Assembly: GCA_934085595.1 (NCBI GenBank)
Contig: CAKOHK010000006.1
Coordinates: 12,883 to 76,882 of the forward strand
Source of the DNA: an uncultured Bacilli bacterium
GTDB lineage: Bacteria > Bacillota_I > Bacilli_A > RF39 > UBA660
DNA length: 64,000 nt
Reading direction: 5' to 3'
Below the pieces are notes generated by a model. It was not told the DNA's origin and searched no databases. It worked only from the letters and a program-made list of their open reading frames with translations. A program made the translations under genes and the position numbers. Positions 21,460 to 32,110 of the stretch are shown piece after piece (the stretch's first letter is position 1; each line of letters opens with the position of its first letter).

Positions 21460-22842
21460 ATGTATAGAGTAGAAGATATAAGCGATATAACAAAAAAGTT
21501 TGGAGATTATATCGCATCATATATTAGTGAACTAGAAAGTAAATTAGAAAAAGTATCAAATACTAAGTTTTATGAGGATTTAAAAAATATATTAAAAACA
21601 TCAACTGACTTAGAAGATTTTTTACATATAGAAAAAGATATATTAAAAATAAACCCTTCTTTAAAAGGAATATTTGATATATTAAACTTTTACTATGAAA
21701 ACAACGCATCAAACGCACCACAAGCTAGAAAAGCAATAGAGAATCTTAAAAATAGTGGTTTACTATCAAAAATAGATGTACTTTCACAAAATACAGAAGA
21801 AAAGAGTAAATTAGAAGAAGAAATAAAAAAATGTAAAATGATTCTATCAAATAATATAACTGATTGGGATTATTATTTTGATTTAATTAAAAAAAGTGAT
21901 TTAACAGATGAAGAACAAATAGAGCTTTTATCTAAAATTGCTTATGAAAGCACTCTTGAAAAAGAAAAAGTAACTACAAAAGAAGATAAAAAAGAAGAAA
22001 AACCCGCAAAAGAATATGTAAGTACTGAAAAAATGGGAGTAGAACTTGAAAGATTAAGAGAATTAAATAGAAAAATAAATAATTATATAGCAAAATACAG
22101 TAGTTTAGTTAACAATAAAACTCCTAATCAAATAACAATGTATAAAGATGTTATTAACGCCCTAGGAACTAATTTATATGATGAAGTAGGAAACTACAAA
22201 GTAAAAGAAGAAGCAATAATTCTTTTAACATTTAGAGCTCAAGCCTTACAAGCTGATATAAGTTCTGTAGTATCTTCTCTTAAAAGTACATACGAAAAAG
22301 AAGATTTTGACATGTTAGAATTATATTTAGACGAACTATCTAAAATAGAAGATTTATTAAGTGGTTTAGACTCAGAAATAACAGAAGAAGAAAAAGAAGC
22401 AAATAGTAATGGTACAAAGAATGTAATATACTTAACAGATGAAAACAACAACCCATACTTTAGTTACTCAAACTTACAATTTGAACAAAAATTATCATAT
22501 AAAACTCTTCTTGAAAAAATAAGTAAAGGTTTATTTGACTACAAAAAACATAAAAATGGAGCAACAGTACTAGGTACAAAATCAAATAGAGTATATGTAA
22601 ATATCTCAGGAAGATATGGTTGTTCTTATGTAATATTAAATGATGAATACCTTCTAGTATTATCTCTAGCACCATATCAAAATGTTTATTCTGAAAGTTT
22701 AAAAATTGAATCACAAGAAGAAAAGAAAATTAAAGAATTAAAACAAAATCCAGAACTAGCTTATGACATTTTAATATCACAAAGTGATTTAAGAAATAAA
22801 ATCGAAGAAGAAATAAGCGAAGACAAAGGAGTAGTGCTATGA
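21460..22842 (+). CDS. Hypothetical helical protein; C-terminal ~90 aa with possible RelE/ParE-like fold
   Basis: The C-terminus ...HKNGATVLGTKSNRVYVNISGRYGCSYVILNDEYLLVLSLAPYQNVY resembles the RelE/ParE pattern (R..Y..RIG-DYRIIY...D..L.IGHR...Y). Its stop overlaps (ATGA) the start of an XRE HTH gene. Confidence 0.4.
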   Translation: MYRVEDISDITKKFGDYIASYISELESKLEKVSNTKFYEDLKNILKTSTDLEDFLHIEKDILKINPSLKGIFDILNFYYENNASNAPQARKAIENLKNSGLLSKIDVLSQNTEEKSKLEEEIKKCKMILSNNITDWDYYFDLIKKSDLTDEEQIELLSKIAYESTLEKEKVTTKEDKKEEKPAKEYVSTEKMGVELERLRELNRKINNYIAKYSSLVNNKTPNQITMYKDVINALGTNLYDEVGNYKVKEEAIILLTFRAQALQADISSVVSSLKSTYEKEDFDMLELYLDELSKIEDLLSGLDSEITEEEKEANSNGTKNVIYLTDENNNPYFSYSNLQFEQKLSYKTLLEKISKGLFDYKKHKNGATVLGTKSNRVYVNISGRYGCSYVILNDEYLLVLSLAPYQNVYSESLKIESQEEKKIKELKQNPELAYDILISQSDLRNKIEEEISEDKGVVL

Positions 22843-23033
22843 AAGATATAGATATAGTATTTAATAAATTAAAAAAAGAATGTATAGACATAATACTAAA
22901 GCAAAAAGTAAGCGCAGAAGAATTATCTTTCAGATTAGGATGTTCTCCTAGTATGTTAATAAGTTTATTAAAAGGCAAAAATGAAGATATATCAATATAT
23001 TTAAAACTATATGATGTATTGGTGAATTGGTAG
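22839..23033 (+). CDS. Small XRE-family helix-turn-helix protein
   Basis: ELSFRLGCSPSMLISLLKGKNED matches the HTH_XRE pattern. Translationally coupled to the upstream gene. Confidence 0.5.
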   Translation: MKDIDIVFNKLKKECIDIILKQKVSAEELSFRLGCSPSMLISLLKGKNEDISIYLKLYDVLVNW

Positions 23034-23040
23034 GTGAATT

Positions 23041-24888
23041 ATGACATTAACAGAAATAATAGAAGATAAGAAAAATGATTTATCAAAAGAAGTAAGTACA
23101 CTTGAAAGAGCTACTAAAGAATCACCAGAAGAAATAAGAAAATTAAAAGAAGAAATATATAAAGTAACAGAAATGTTAAATGTCCTACAAGATGATATAT
23201 ATAGAATAGAAGAACTAAATGAAGAAGATATATTAAATTACATAGATAACTTTGATGAAGAAATAAAAGAAAAAATAAGATTAATGAAAATAACAGCAAG
23301 AGCCGTAAAGAAAGGATTAGATGTTGATTTAACAACAGAAGAAAGAGCATTACTTCAAGATATAATATCACATCTTCAAACTAAAAAAGATGATTTAAAA
23401 GACTTCTTATCAAGTCTTACAAGTAAAGTAAGAGCCTATAATGACCTATACGAAAGAGCATATCTAAATTATCAAGAACTAGAAACTATATTAGAAAAAT
23501 TAAAAGATCCGAGTAATGGAGAAAAATTAACTGAAGCAGAGTTTAATATTTTATATTCAAACATTATTGAAGATACTTTTATAAGTAATGAAGTTAAAAA
23601 AGAACTATTAATTCAAATAAAACTATACAATTTAAACGGAAAAAGAAAAACAGAAGTATCAGTAAAAAAAGCAAGTTTTGAAGAAATACAAGACTTATTA
23701 AGAGAATATAATGTACAAGATAAAACTATTAAAAGAGCTTCTTCATTTAAATCAGAATTAACTAGTAATATAAACATTAATAATGCAAGAGAAATCTTAG
23801 ATTTTATGTCAAGTACAAAAATAGATGGAAATATAAAACTATTATCTAAGTTTACAAGTGAAGCACTTTTAGCCATACTATCATATGGAACTTTGAGTAG
23901 TGTTAAAAATAGATTTGAAGTTCTAGAAAGAGAATCTCTACTTAATGATTTCTTCTTTGATACTCCAAGTGTGTGGATAGACAATTTAAAAATCAAAAAA
24001 ACAAGACAAAGAAATAATAAAGATAAAGAAACATTATCTTCAGTTAGAACTTTAAATTACTTTGCACACGTTTCTTCTTATGAAGATATAATGGCAAACT
24101 ATGAATATCTAAAAGGAGAAGGAGTAGACATTAGTTTCAAAGACGCTATAAGTAAAAGAATACTAACTATGAATAGTGAAACAATAAAAAGAAATACAAA
24201 AATAATTAATTTCTATGGACTATCTAAAGTACCAACGTTATATTTAATATCTTACCTTGATGAAAAATGTGATAAGTTCTCTGAATTAGAATTATTAAGC
24301 GGACCAGAAGCTAAGCATAAAATATATTCAAATGCAGTAGCCACTTTCCCAACAATACTAGCAAAAACACCAGAAGAAATATTTATGCTCCTTTATAAAG
24401 AAAAAAGAGCGTTAAGTAAAAATGATTTCTATAGAAGAATATTTTCTGAATCAAGACAAGGTAATTTTAAGACATATTTAACAAGAGATAAATTAGGTTA
24501 TAAATTAAAAACAAGTCAAGACATAGAAACATTCTTTGCTTCAGAGTTTATAGACCAAAGTCAAGAGATACCAGATTATATAGCATATGCAAAAGCATTA
24601 AGTGAAAACAAGAGCTTTGAATATGACAAGAATATATTATTACTACCAGAAATAATAGAACTAGAAGGTTATAAAGATGAAAATAATTCACTTATATATA
24701 GATTTGGAAGTGAAGCAATTTCAGTACATAAAGTATTATCAAACTATAGTGCTCTTCAAAAATCAGGCATACCACTTGATAAAAAAGCATTAATGTTCTG
24801 TATTTGTGAAGGAAGTTATTTAAACGAAGAAGCATTTAACATGATATCAGATATTATAGGTTTTAAAGAAGAAAGGAATCTAAACTAA
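23041..24888 (+). CDS. Hypothetical 615-aa protein, N-terminal coiled-coil
   Basis: Long ORF, operon-internal, no recognisable domain. Confidence 0.45.
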   Translation: MTLTEIIEDKKNDLSKEVSTLERATKESPEEIRKLKEEIYKVTEMLNVLQDDIYRIEELNEEDILNYIDNFDEEIKEKIRLMKITARAVKKGLDVDLTTEERALLQDIISHLQTKKDDLKDFLSSLTSKVRAYNDLYERAYLNYQELETILEKLKDPSNGEKLTEAEFNILYSNIIEDTFISNEVKKELLIQIKLYNLNGKRKTEVSVKKASFEEIQDLLREYNVQDKTIKRASSFKSELTSNININNAREILDFMSSTKIDGNIKLLSKFTSEALLAILSYGTLSSVKNRFEVLERESLLNDFFFDTPSVWIDNLKIKKTRQRNNKDKETLSSVRTLNYFAHVSSYEDIMANYEYLKGEGVDISFKDAISKRILTMNSETIKRNTKIINFYGLSKVPTLYLISYLDEKCDKFSELELLSGPEAKHKIYSNAVATFPTILAKTPEEIFMLLYKEKRALSKNDFYRRIFSESRQGNFKTYLTRDKLGYKLKTSQDIETFFASEFIDQSQEIPDYIAYAKALSENKSFEYDKNILLLPEIIELEGYKDENNSLIYRFGSEAISVHKVLSNYSALQKSGIPLDKKALMFCICEGSYLNEEAFNMISDIIGFKEERNLN

Positions 24889-25130
24889 TGGACTTTTTAA
24901 AAGAATATGGACTAACAAATGAAGACGTAGAAAACTTAGAAATTAACTTAGAAAATGACGACATTAACTTTATTTGTATGCATGAAGAAGAAATGAAAGA
25001 AATAATAGAATATTTTATATCTAAAGGACTTAATAAAGACGATATAATAGAACTATTAATATATAAAACAGAATTATTTTATGAAACAAAAGATAAAGTA
25101 AAAGAAATATACGAAACTAATGATAATTAA
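24888..25130 (+). CDS. Small acidic hypothetical protein
   Basis: Translationally coupled (ATGA overlap) to the upstream gene, followed by a strong terminator. Confidence 0.4.
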   Translation: MDFLKEYGLTNEDVENLEINLENDDINFICMHEEEMKEIIEYFISKGLNKDDIIELLIYKTELFYETKDKVKEIYETNDN

Positions 25131-25142
25131 AATAAGTATTAA

Positions 25143-25170
25143 AAGGTGATTTTCATCACCTTTTTATTAT
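25143..25170 (+). terminator. Rho-independent terminator (AAAGGTGAT-tttc-ATCACCTTT + T-run)
   Basis: Perfect 9-bp stem read directly. The ORF-track start of the 25146 ORF lies inside this hairpin and is therefore not the real start. Confidence 0.7.
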
Positions 25171-25187
25171 GGAAAAGTACAAATAAA

Positions 25188-25216
25188 TTGACTTTTAGCC
25201 ACTTTTGCAGTATAAT
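25188..25216 (+). promoter_or_regulatory. Consensus sigma-A promoter TTGACT-17-TATAAT
   Basis: TTGACT 25188-25193, 17-nt spacer, TATAAT 25211-25216; followed by RBS AAAAGGGG and ATG 25248. Confidence 0.65.
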
Positions 25217-25247
25217 AACAAAGCAAATTGAAAAAGGGGTTAGGGTT

Positions 25248-26498
25248 ATGAAATATTATAGTGTGGATAAAGAATTAAATGAAATATATAATATATCAAG
25301 AATCTCAAGTATAAAAATAAGTGATTCTACAAATGCTAGTTCTAAAGTAGTAATTCCAGTAGTGACAATAACTTATTATGATGAAGACAATAACGAAAAA
25401 ATCATGGTTTATTATGGAACAGATAAATATTTTGATATATTAATAAAGAAAATAACTGAAGTTTATAATAATGAAGTAGGAAAAGAAGTTTTACCAAACC
25501 TAAGTCCATTTAGAAAAGAAACTTTAGTTATAGATGAAAACACAAAAGATATACTTTTAAAAGGAAACTTAGAGTTCCAAAGAGATTTATTTAAACAATA
25601 TAATGATATGAATTATTATAATAGAAGTATTTTAAGAAGTAATAATAAACTAGAGTTTTATTTACAAATAGCACTTTATCATCTAAATCAATTCTTAAAA
25701 AATACAGATGCTAACATAACATTTGGAAATAATTTAAGAGGCTATAAAGAAAATAATGTAATAATTGGTATTAAAAATGGTCATGCTACATATTTTCCAG
25801 TTATATTTTATGAACCAGAAAATAATAAAGCTGTACTAGAGATAGGTAACATATTTGATGTAATATCACCAGTTAAAATATTAATAGAGTTTAAAAATAA
25901 TGGCGTTATGGTTACCATAACAAATAAAGAACATAATTTAGAATTATTCTCATCATACACTATAGATAAAGAAGAATTAGAAGAAGAACATTATACATAC
26001 ATAAATGGAGAAATAAGTTCATTTTATAGAAATAAACATCAAAAACAAGATGGAAAGTATCCACTTCCATGGAATGCATATTTACAAGAAACTAAAAATG
26101 TAGAACCTTTAGAAGATGGATTTATCACAGAAAGTATATTTAGATATTATAGTGAAACCGAAGACAGATTCTTAGAAAAAGAGTTTTATTCTAAATATTA
26201 TAGTAAGAGTGCATATAACAGAGAATATACATTAAATGAATATATAAGGACAAGAGTGTCACAAGTATTAAATCATCAAGAAAATGTACATGTAATCGAA
26301 ACATATTTCCATAACGCTTTATATAGTAATGAGTTTTATAGAGATATGTTAAGAAATAAATATTTCTATCATCTATACAAAGGTGACATTCACGATATAG
26401 ATGAAATAAGTACTATAGGCTATTATGATAAAGATTCAAGATATGAAACAGATATCAAAAATAGTAGTGTAGCACTAAAATTAATAGGGGGTAATTAA
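25248..26498 (+). CDS. Hypothetical 417-aa protein, first gene of AAA_5 operon
   Basis: Start reassigned to ATG 25248 (MKYYSVDKE) downstream of the promoter and RBS. No domain recognised. Confidence 0.5.
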   Translation: MKYYSVDKELNEIYNISRISSIKISDSTNASSKVVIPVVTITYYDEDNNEKIMVYYGTDKYFDILIKKITEVYNNEVGKEVLPNLSPFRKETLVIDENTKDILLKGNLEFQRDLFKQYNDMNYYNRSILRSNNKLEFYLQIALYHLNQFLKNTDANITFGNNLRGYKENNVIIGIKNGHATYFPVIFYEPENNKAVLEIGNIFDVISPVKILIEFKNNGVMVTITNKEHNLELFSSYTIDKEELEEEHYTYINGEISSFYRNKHQKQDGKYPLPWNAYLQETKNVEPLEDGFITESIFRYYSETEDRFLEKEFYSKYYSKSAYNREYTLNEYIRTRVSQVLNHQENVHVIETYFHNALYSNEFYRDMLRNKYFYHLYKGDIHDIDEISTIGYYDKDSRYETDIKNSSVALKLIGGN

Positions 26499-26499
26499 A

Positions 26500-28686
26500 A
26501 TGGGTATATTTAGTGAACAAACAAGAATAGATAGTTTAATTAAAATAGCAAGATTAATAAATACAAATTACGAAAAAGAGGGTGAAGTATTAGAATACTT
26601 ATCAAAACTACAAAAAGGAAAAATAAATAATGATTTTATTGATGATGATATATTAGAGGCATGTATAAAGTCATACTTAAATGCTAAAGATAGTACTGTG
26701 AGTTTTGACGAGTTAAAAGAAACTATAAAGTTTATGCTTCCATATGCTGAAGAAACAGAAGACTTTGAAAGTATAAAATCTATGATATTAAGAAGTTCAG
26801 ACTTAATAGTATATGATAAAGACTTAGTTAATACAAAATTATATATGTTATTTAACGATAAGATTTTATATACACAGTTTATGAGAATATTAAAAAGAAC
26901 AGGTATTTTAGAAAATAAAATAATATATAGAAACTTAGTTGATTATGCATGTAATATTGCACCTTTATGTATGAACTCAAGTGAGTTTTCTAATGAACTT
27001 ATTTCTTATGTAAATGATATTCAAAAAGAACTAGGTAGTTTAGATGAAGCCAAATTAAAAGATTATAATGTTAAAAGATTAGTAGAAATGAAAAAAAGAC
27101 GTGGCATTTATCCACTTGATGAAACAACATTACTTGAAATAAGTTCTATGCTAGATAGAGTACAAAGAATCTCTTCTACCTTTGAAGATATTGAAACAAG
27201 AGTAAAAAAATATGAAGAACAAATTAGCCTAATAACAGCAAGAGGTATTGAAAAAATAGATAATGAAGCAGCAGATAAAATTAGAAAACTAGCCTCAGAC
27301 ATAGAAGAAGTAAAAGCTGATTTGATAAAAAGAGTAGATGATTATGTTCTACTATTAAAACAAGCAATGAAAAAAACAAGTGACGAAGTTTTAGCAAAAG
27401 TACTTGAAGAAGCATCAGAAACATTAAATAAAATTAAAGTACAAGCAAAAGAGATAACAGTTATTTCAAATAACGATTTAGTTCGTATGAAAAAACAAAA
27501 AGATGAAATAGTAGAAGAAATTAAAAGTAGTCCAGAACTAAGAAATATGTTGACAGAAGAAGATCTATCAAGCAAATTAAAAGAAGTTCTTAAAGGAGTT
27601 AAAAATGGAGATATAAGTAATGCACCAGTAGCAAGTAGTGAAGTTATAATTCCATCTACTCCATATATAATAGTTCCAGAAGAAAAGATAGACTACACTA
27701 TATTAAAAGCATTCGATGAAAGCATTCCTTATTCTGAAAGAATAGGAATGATAAAAGACGAAATGTCTACAAGACAAAGAAATGGAGAAAGATTCCATAG
27801 AAAAACACTTGAAATAGCGGGAGCTTTAATCGAGGGGGATTGGCCTTATGTATATGGTCCATCTGGAATGGGCAAGAGTTACTGTATAGAACAAGCAGCA
27901 GAACTACTTGGTATGAAAAGCATAGATAATGGTAAGATAACAGATAAATATAGCATTATGGCATATAATGACCCACACGGAAGATTTAGAGTTACACCTA
28001 CATATAATGCAGTCGCTTTTGGAAAACTACTTACACTTGATGAGTTTGATAATGGTAACACTGATAGTTTCATAATATATAATAATATCTATTCTAATTT
28101 ATTAAGCACTCTTGAAACTGGTAAAGCAAGATATATTACATTCGGAGAAAATGTACAAACTCGTGTTCATCCAAACTTCAGGATGATATCAGCAGGAAAT
28201 ACAGATGGAGAAGGTGAAAACGAAGCATATTCAGATAGACATAAAATAGACGAATCAGTAATTGAAAGAATGGTGCCAATATATTTTGATTATGATAATG
28301 AAGTAGAAAAAACTATATTAGGTGATTATAAAGCATGGTACGATATAATAGTTAAGTTTAGAAGTGCATGTATGGCTTATTCTAATTCTACTGGAGTGTA
28401 TGCAAAAGGTATAATTACCACAAGAGATGCATCTTTAATATCAAAATATATAAGACATAATAGTAAAACAGTAGATGAAGTGTTATCACAAAAGTTTGTA
28501 CAAATAAAAGATGAAGCATATCTAAATGCAATAGCACAAGAATTAAGAAAATACTATGGTTTAACTGATAGTAGAATAATAGATTTAGATATGTCAAATA
28601 CAAGACTTGATAGTATAAAAGATCCAAAAGCCATCGCAAAGAAATTAATATGTAAATGTGAGGGAAGACATAATGCAAGATGGTAA
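26500..28686 (+). CDS. AAA_5 / McrB-MoxR-like AAA+ ATPase with ~430-aa coiled-coil N-terminal extension
   Basis: C-terminal Walker A YGPSGMGKSY; LDEFDNGNTDSFIIYNNIYSNL (Walker B / sensor region, compare McrB IDEINRANLSKVFGEVMMLME); VHPNFRMISAGNTDGEG...RHKIDESVIERMVPIYFDY (compare McrB VPENVYIIGLMNTADRS...ALRRRFSFIEI). Confidence 0.65.
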   Translation: MGIFSEQTRIDSLIKIARLINTNYEKEGEVLEYLSKLQKGKINNDFIDDDILEACIKSYLNAKDSTVSFDELKETIKFMLPYAEETEDFESIKSMILRSSDLIVYDKDLVNTKLYMLFNDKILYTQFMRILKRTGILENKIIYRNLVDYACNIAPLCMNSSEFSNELISYVNDIQKELGSLDEAKLKDYNVKRLVEMKKRRGIYPLDETTLLEISSMLDRVQRISSTFEDIETRVKKYEEQISLITARGIEKIDNEAADKIRKLASDIEEVKADLIKRVDDYVLLLKQAMKKTSDEVLAKVLEEASETLNKIKVQAKEITVISNNDLVRMKKQKDEIVEEIKSSPELRNMLTEEDLSSKLKEVLKGVKNGDISNAPVASSEVIIPSTPYIIVPEEKIDYTILKAFDESIPYSERIGMIKDEMSTRQRNGERFHRKTLEIAGALIEGDWPYVYGPSGMGKSYCIEQAAELLGMKSIDNGKITDKYSIMAYNDPHGRFRVTPTYNAVAFGKLLTLDEFDNGNTDSFIIYNNIYSNLLSTLETGKARYITFGENVQTRVHPNFRMISAGNTDGEGENEAYSDRHKIDESVIERMVPIYFDYDNEVEKTILGDYKAWYDIIVKFRSACMAYSNSTGVYAKGIITTRDASLISKYIRHNSKTVDEVLSQKFVQIKDEAYLNAIAQELRKYYGLTDSRIIDLDMSNTRLDSIKDPKAIAKKLICKCEGRHNARW

Positions 28687-29620
28687 AAGTAATATAACTA
28701 GATATCCTTATAATATATTTTCACCAGTGAAAATATTAGATGATAGTTATATTCTTTATCCTGCAAAGTTTAAAGGCTTAAAAGATTTATATACTTTCTT
28801 AAAATCAAATCCTGAAATAAATAGTGCTGTATTTAAAGATCCTCATAGTCAAAGGGTAAGTGAAAGTGATTCATTCTATGGCGTATCTTATGAAGAAAGT
28901 TTAGAAAGATTGATTCATGATGACCCTCAAAACTATAGATTATTTGCAGAACTTAATAAAGAATATGTAGGTGCTGGTAAAGTGGTAACTCATAGATATA
29001 AAACAGTAAACACCCTAGCAGGAGGACATATAGATCCAGTTTTATACTCAAAAGGTTCACCATTATGTTATGAAACACAAGAAGTAATAGTTGCACCTAG
29101 ATACATAACAGCACATGTAGGTATTTCTACATCATATAAAACAACAGATGCTCAAATATACAATAAAGCAATATCAGTAATTAATATAGTTTATGCACTT
29201 CAAAAATATGGATATAAAATAAAATTAGATTCTTATGTTAGAGTAAAATGTAAAAATGAAATAATACAAATAATAATAGATTTAAAAGAAAGAAATGGTA
29301 GATTAAATATAAATGATTTATATGAAGCTACATGCAACAAAGAGTTTTATAGAAGAATAATATTTAGAGTAATAGAAAGTATGTCTGTAGAAGATACACG
29401 TTGGCCTACTATATATGGTTCAGAATTCTCTGGCTCAATAGTTAAAAATGATAAAGATTTATATTTTGCTTCTCCTATGGAAATGGGTCTTACAGGTGAA
29501 GATTTATATGAAGATTTTAGAAGAGTTTTAGCTTATATGCACTTAGAAGATTATATTGATGTACCAAGAGTAGAAAAAGATTTTAAAGAGAAGAGCACTA
29601 AACTAAAATTACAGTTATAA
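28673..29620 (+). CDS. Hypothetical 315-aa protein, last gene of AAA_5 operon
   Basis: Likely start ATG 28673 (MQDGKSNIT) with RBS GAGGGAAG; the track start 28658 is in the same frame. A bidirectional terminator (aaaaaacgattt/aaatcgtttttt) is near 29625-29660. Confidence 0.45.
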   Translation: MQDGKSNITRYPYNIFSPVKILDDSYILYPAKFKGLKDLYTFLKSNPEINSAVFKDPHSQRVSESDSFYGVSYEESLERLIHDDPQNYRLFAELNKEYVGAGKVVTHRYKTVNTLAGGHIDPVLYSKGSPLCYETQEVIVAPRYITAHVGISTSYKTTDAQIYNKAISVINIVYALQKYGYKIKLDSYVRVKCKNEIIQIIIDLKERNGRLNINDLYEATCNKEFYRRIIFRVIESMSVEDTRWPTIYGSEFSGSIVKNDKDLYFASPMEMGLTGEDLYEDFRRVLAYMHLEDYIDVPRVEKDFKEKSTKLKLQL

Positions 29621-29654
29621 TTAAAAAAAACGATTTAAATCGTTTTTTATTTTT

Positions 29655-30101
29655 TTAAAAGAACTTTTGATATTCACTTCCATCAGGTCTCTTACAAGTA
29701 TGAGTACTATAAGTATATACTGAACCAGGAACTGATTTTTCACATTCGTATTTTAATATATAGTTTTTTTCTATAGGTAATACTAAAAATACAAATATTA
29801 AAGCAGCAATAGTATAAGTAACAAGTCCAAATATTGATGCTTCTAAAGCTCCATGTGCTTTATTAGGAAAATCTTTTTTACTCATAAAGTAATAAGCAAT
29901 ACCAAAAGGTGGTACTAATAAAGAACCTGCAGCCATACCCTTAGTTGTTTTATCATATGAATCATTACTATATGTTTTAACTACTTCCTTATTTTCTTCT
30001 TTAGCAATTTCCTCTTCTGGTTGTACTGAAGTTTCTTTGTTGCAATAAGGACACACTTTATCATTATCATTTATTTCATTTCCACAATTTAAACAAAACA
30101 T
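29655..30101 (-). CDS. Zinc-ribbon domain membrane protein
   Basis: N-terminus CLNCGNEI...CPYCNK zinc ribbon; C-terminal hydrophobic segments. Confidence 0.5.
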   Translation of the reverse strand: MFCLNCGNEINDNDKVCPYCNKETSVQPEEEIAKEENKEVVKTYSNDSYDKTTKGMAAGSLLVPPFGIAYYFMSKKDFPNKAHGALEASIFGLVTYTIAALIFVFLVLPIEKNYILKYECEKSVPGSVYTYSTHTCKRPDGSEYQKFF

Positions 30102-30137
30102 TTTATCATCTACTTTCTATAAAAAGAATACCACAAA

Positions 30138-32108
30138 TTATTTATCATTGTCAATTGATTTAAGTTCAAACATAATATCTCTAAGTTCAGTAGCTCTTTC
30201 AAAATCAAGCTTACTCGCAGCTTCTCTCATTTCTTTCTCAATACGGCTAACCATTTCGTTAATTTCTTTCTTAGAATATTTTGGCTTTTTAGTCTTTTCT
30301 TCACTTATTTCAGTACTAATTACATCTTTAATTTCTTTAACTATTGTTTTAGGAACAATACCATGCTCTTTATTATATGCCTCTTGTATACTTCTTCTTC
30401 TATTAGTTTCTTTAATAGCTTTATCCATCGCATCACTAATATAATCAGCATACATTATTACATGCCCATTTTCATTACGCGCAGCTCTTCCTATAGTTTG
30501 AATTAAACTTCTATCACTACGTAAGAACCCTTGCTTATCAGCATCCATAATACATATAAGTGATACTTCAGGAATATCTATACCTTCACGAAGTAAATTA
30601 ATACCAACTATAACATCTATTTTACCAAGCCTAAGATTTCTAATAATATTAAGTCTCTCAAGAGTTTTAATTTCATTATGCAAATAAGTAACTTTATACC
30701 CAAGTTCTTTTAAATAACTAGTAAGTTCTTCACTCATTCTAATAGTTAAAGTGGTTATAAGAACCCTCTCATTCCTTTCAATTCTCTTATTTATTTCATT
30801 CACTATATCATCTACTTGATTCTTAATTGGCTTAACTTCAATGGTAGGATCTAATAATCCAGTAGGTCTAATTATCTGTTCAGTACATTTTTTTACAAGA
30901 GATAATTCGTAATCACCAGGAGTAGCAGATATATATATTGTTTGATTCAGTTTTTCATTAAACTCCTCAAACTTTAAAGGTCTATTGTCAAGCGCACTTG
31001 GTAATCTAAATCCATAATCAACAAGAGTTTGTTTTCTCATTCTATCCCCATTATACATAGCTCTTACTTGAGGTATAGTTACATGGCTCTCATCAATAAC
31101 AAGTAAAAAATCATCAGGAAAGAAATCAATTAAAGTAGTTGGTGTTTCACCTTTATCTCTTAAAGACATATGTCTACTATAATTCTCAATACCATGACAA
31201 AATCCAGTTTCACTAAGCATCTCTATATCATACATAGTTCTTTCTTTAAGCCTTTGTTCTTCAAGTAATTTTCCTTCATCATGTAACTCTTTAAGCCTAA
31301 TATCAAGTTCATTTTTAATTCTCTTAATTGCCTCTTTAAGTTTTTCATCACTTGTAACAAATAATGAAGCAGGGAATATACTTGTAGTTCTAAGATTACT
31401 GATAACATGACCAGTTAAAGGATCAAATGTACTAATTTTCTCTATCGTATCACCAAACATTTCTATTCTAATACCATTCTTTTTTTCATAAACAGGTATT
31501 AATTCAATCGTATCTCCCTTAACTCTAAATGTACCTCTTTTTAAATCAAAATCACTTCTCTCATACTGCATATTAATAAGTTTCTCTAAAATACTATCTC
31601 TCTCAATTTCATCATCAACACTTAAATTAAGCATCTTATTGATATATTCTTCTTTTTCACCAATACTATATATACATGATACAGAAGAAACAACAATAAC
31701 ATCTCTTCTATTAATTAATGCACTAACCGCAGCATGTCTAAGTTCATCTATCTCATCATTAATAGATGAATCTTTTTCTATATATAAGTCTTTACTTGGT
31801 ACATATGCTTCTGGCTGATAATAATCGTAGTAACTTACAAAGTATTCAACACGGTTATTAGGAAATAACTCTTTAAACTCACTATATAATTGACCCGCTA
31901 AAGTCTTATTATGTGCAAGTACTAAAGTAGGTTTATTAACCTTATTAATAACATTAGCAATTGTAAATGTCTTACCAGTACCAGTCGCACCAAGTAAAAC
32001 TTGACTCTTTAAATTATTATTAAGTCCACTCACAAGCTCATCTATAGCCTGTGGTTGATCCCCGCTAGGTTTATAATTAGAAACTAATTCAAACATAATG
32101 CCCTCCAT
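30138..32108 (-). CDS. uvrB: Excinuclease ABC subunit B
   Basis: [25 protein letters not shown] Walker A, helicase motifs and the C-terminal UvrB/UvrC interaction domain are all recognisable. The true start is possibly at MFELV, 12 nt downstream. Confidence 0.9.
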   Translation of the reverse strand: MEGIMFELVSNYKPSGDQPQAIDELVSGLNNNLKSQVLLGATGTGKTFTIANVINKVNKPTLVLAHNKTLAGQLYSEFKELFPNNRVEYFVSYYDYYQPEAYVPSKDLYIEKDSSINDEIDELRHAAVSALINRRDVIVVSSVSCIYSIGEKEEYINKMLNLSVDDEIERDSILEKLINMQYERSDFDLKRGTFRVKGDTIELIPVYEKKNGIRIEMFGDTIEKISTFDPLTGHVISNLRTTSIFPASLFVTSDEKLKEAIKRIKNELDIRLKELHDEGKLLEEQRLKERTMYDIEMLSETGFCHGIENYSRHMSLRDKGETPTTLIDFFPDDFLLVIDESHVTIPQVRAMYNGDRMRKQTLVDYGFRLPSALDNRPLKFEEFNEKLNQTIYISATPGDYELSLVKKCTEQIIRPTGLLDPTIEVKPIKNQVDDIVNEINKRIERNERVLITTLTIRMSEELTSYLKELGYKVTYLHNEIKTLERLNIIRNLRLGKIDVIVGINLLREGIDIPEVSLICIMDADKQGFLRSDRSLIQTIGRAARNENGHVIMYADYISDAMDKAIKETNRRRSIQEAYNKEHGIVPKTIVKEIKDVISTEISEEKTKKPKYSKKEINEMVSRIEKEMREAASKLDFERATELRDIMFELKSIDNDK

Positions 32109-32110
32109 AA

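Noticed and set aside
25146-25247. ORF-track start of the 450-aa ORF at 25146 (MIFITFLLWKST...)
   Set aside because: This start lies inside the terminator hairpin of the upstream operon and upstream of a consensus sigma-A promoter. The real start is ATG 25248, preceded by an RBS.
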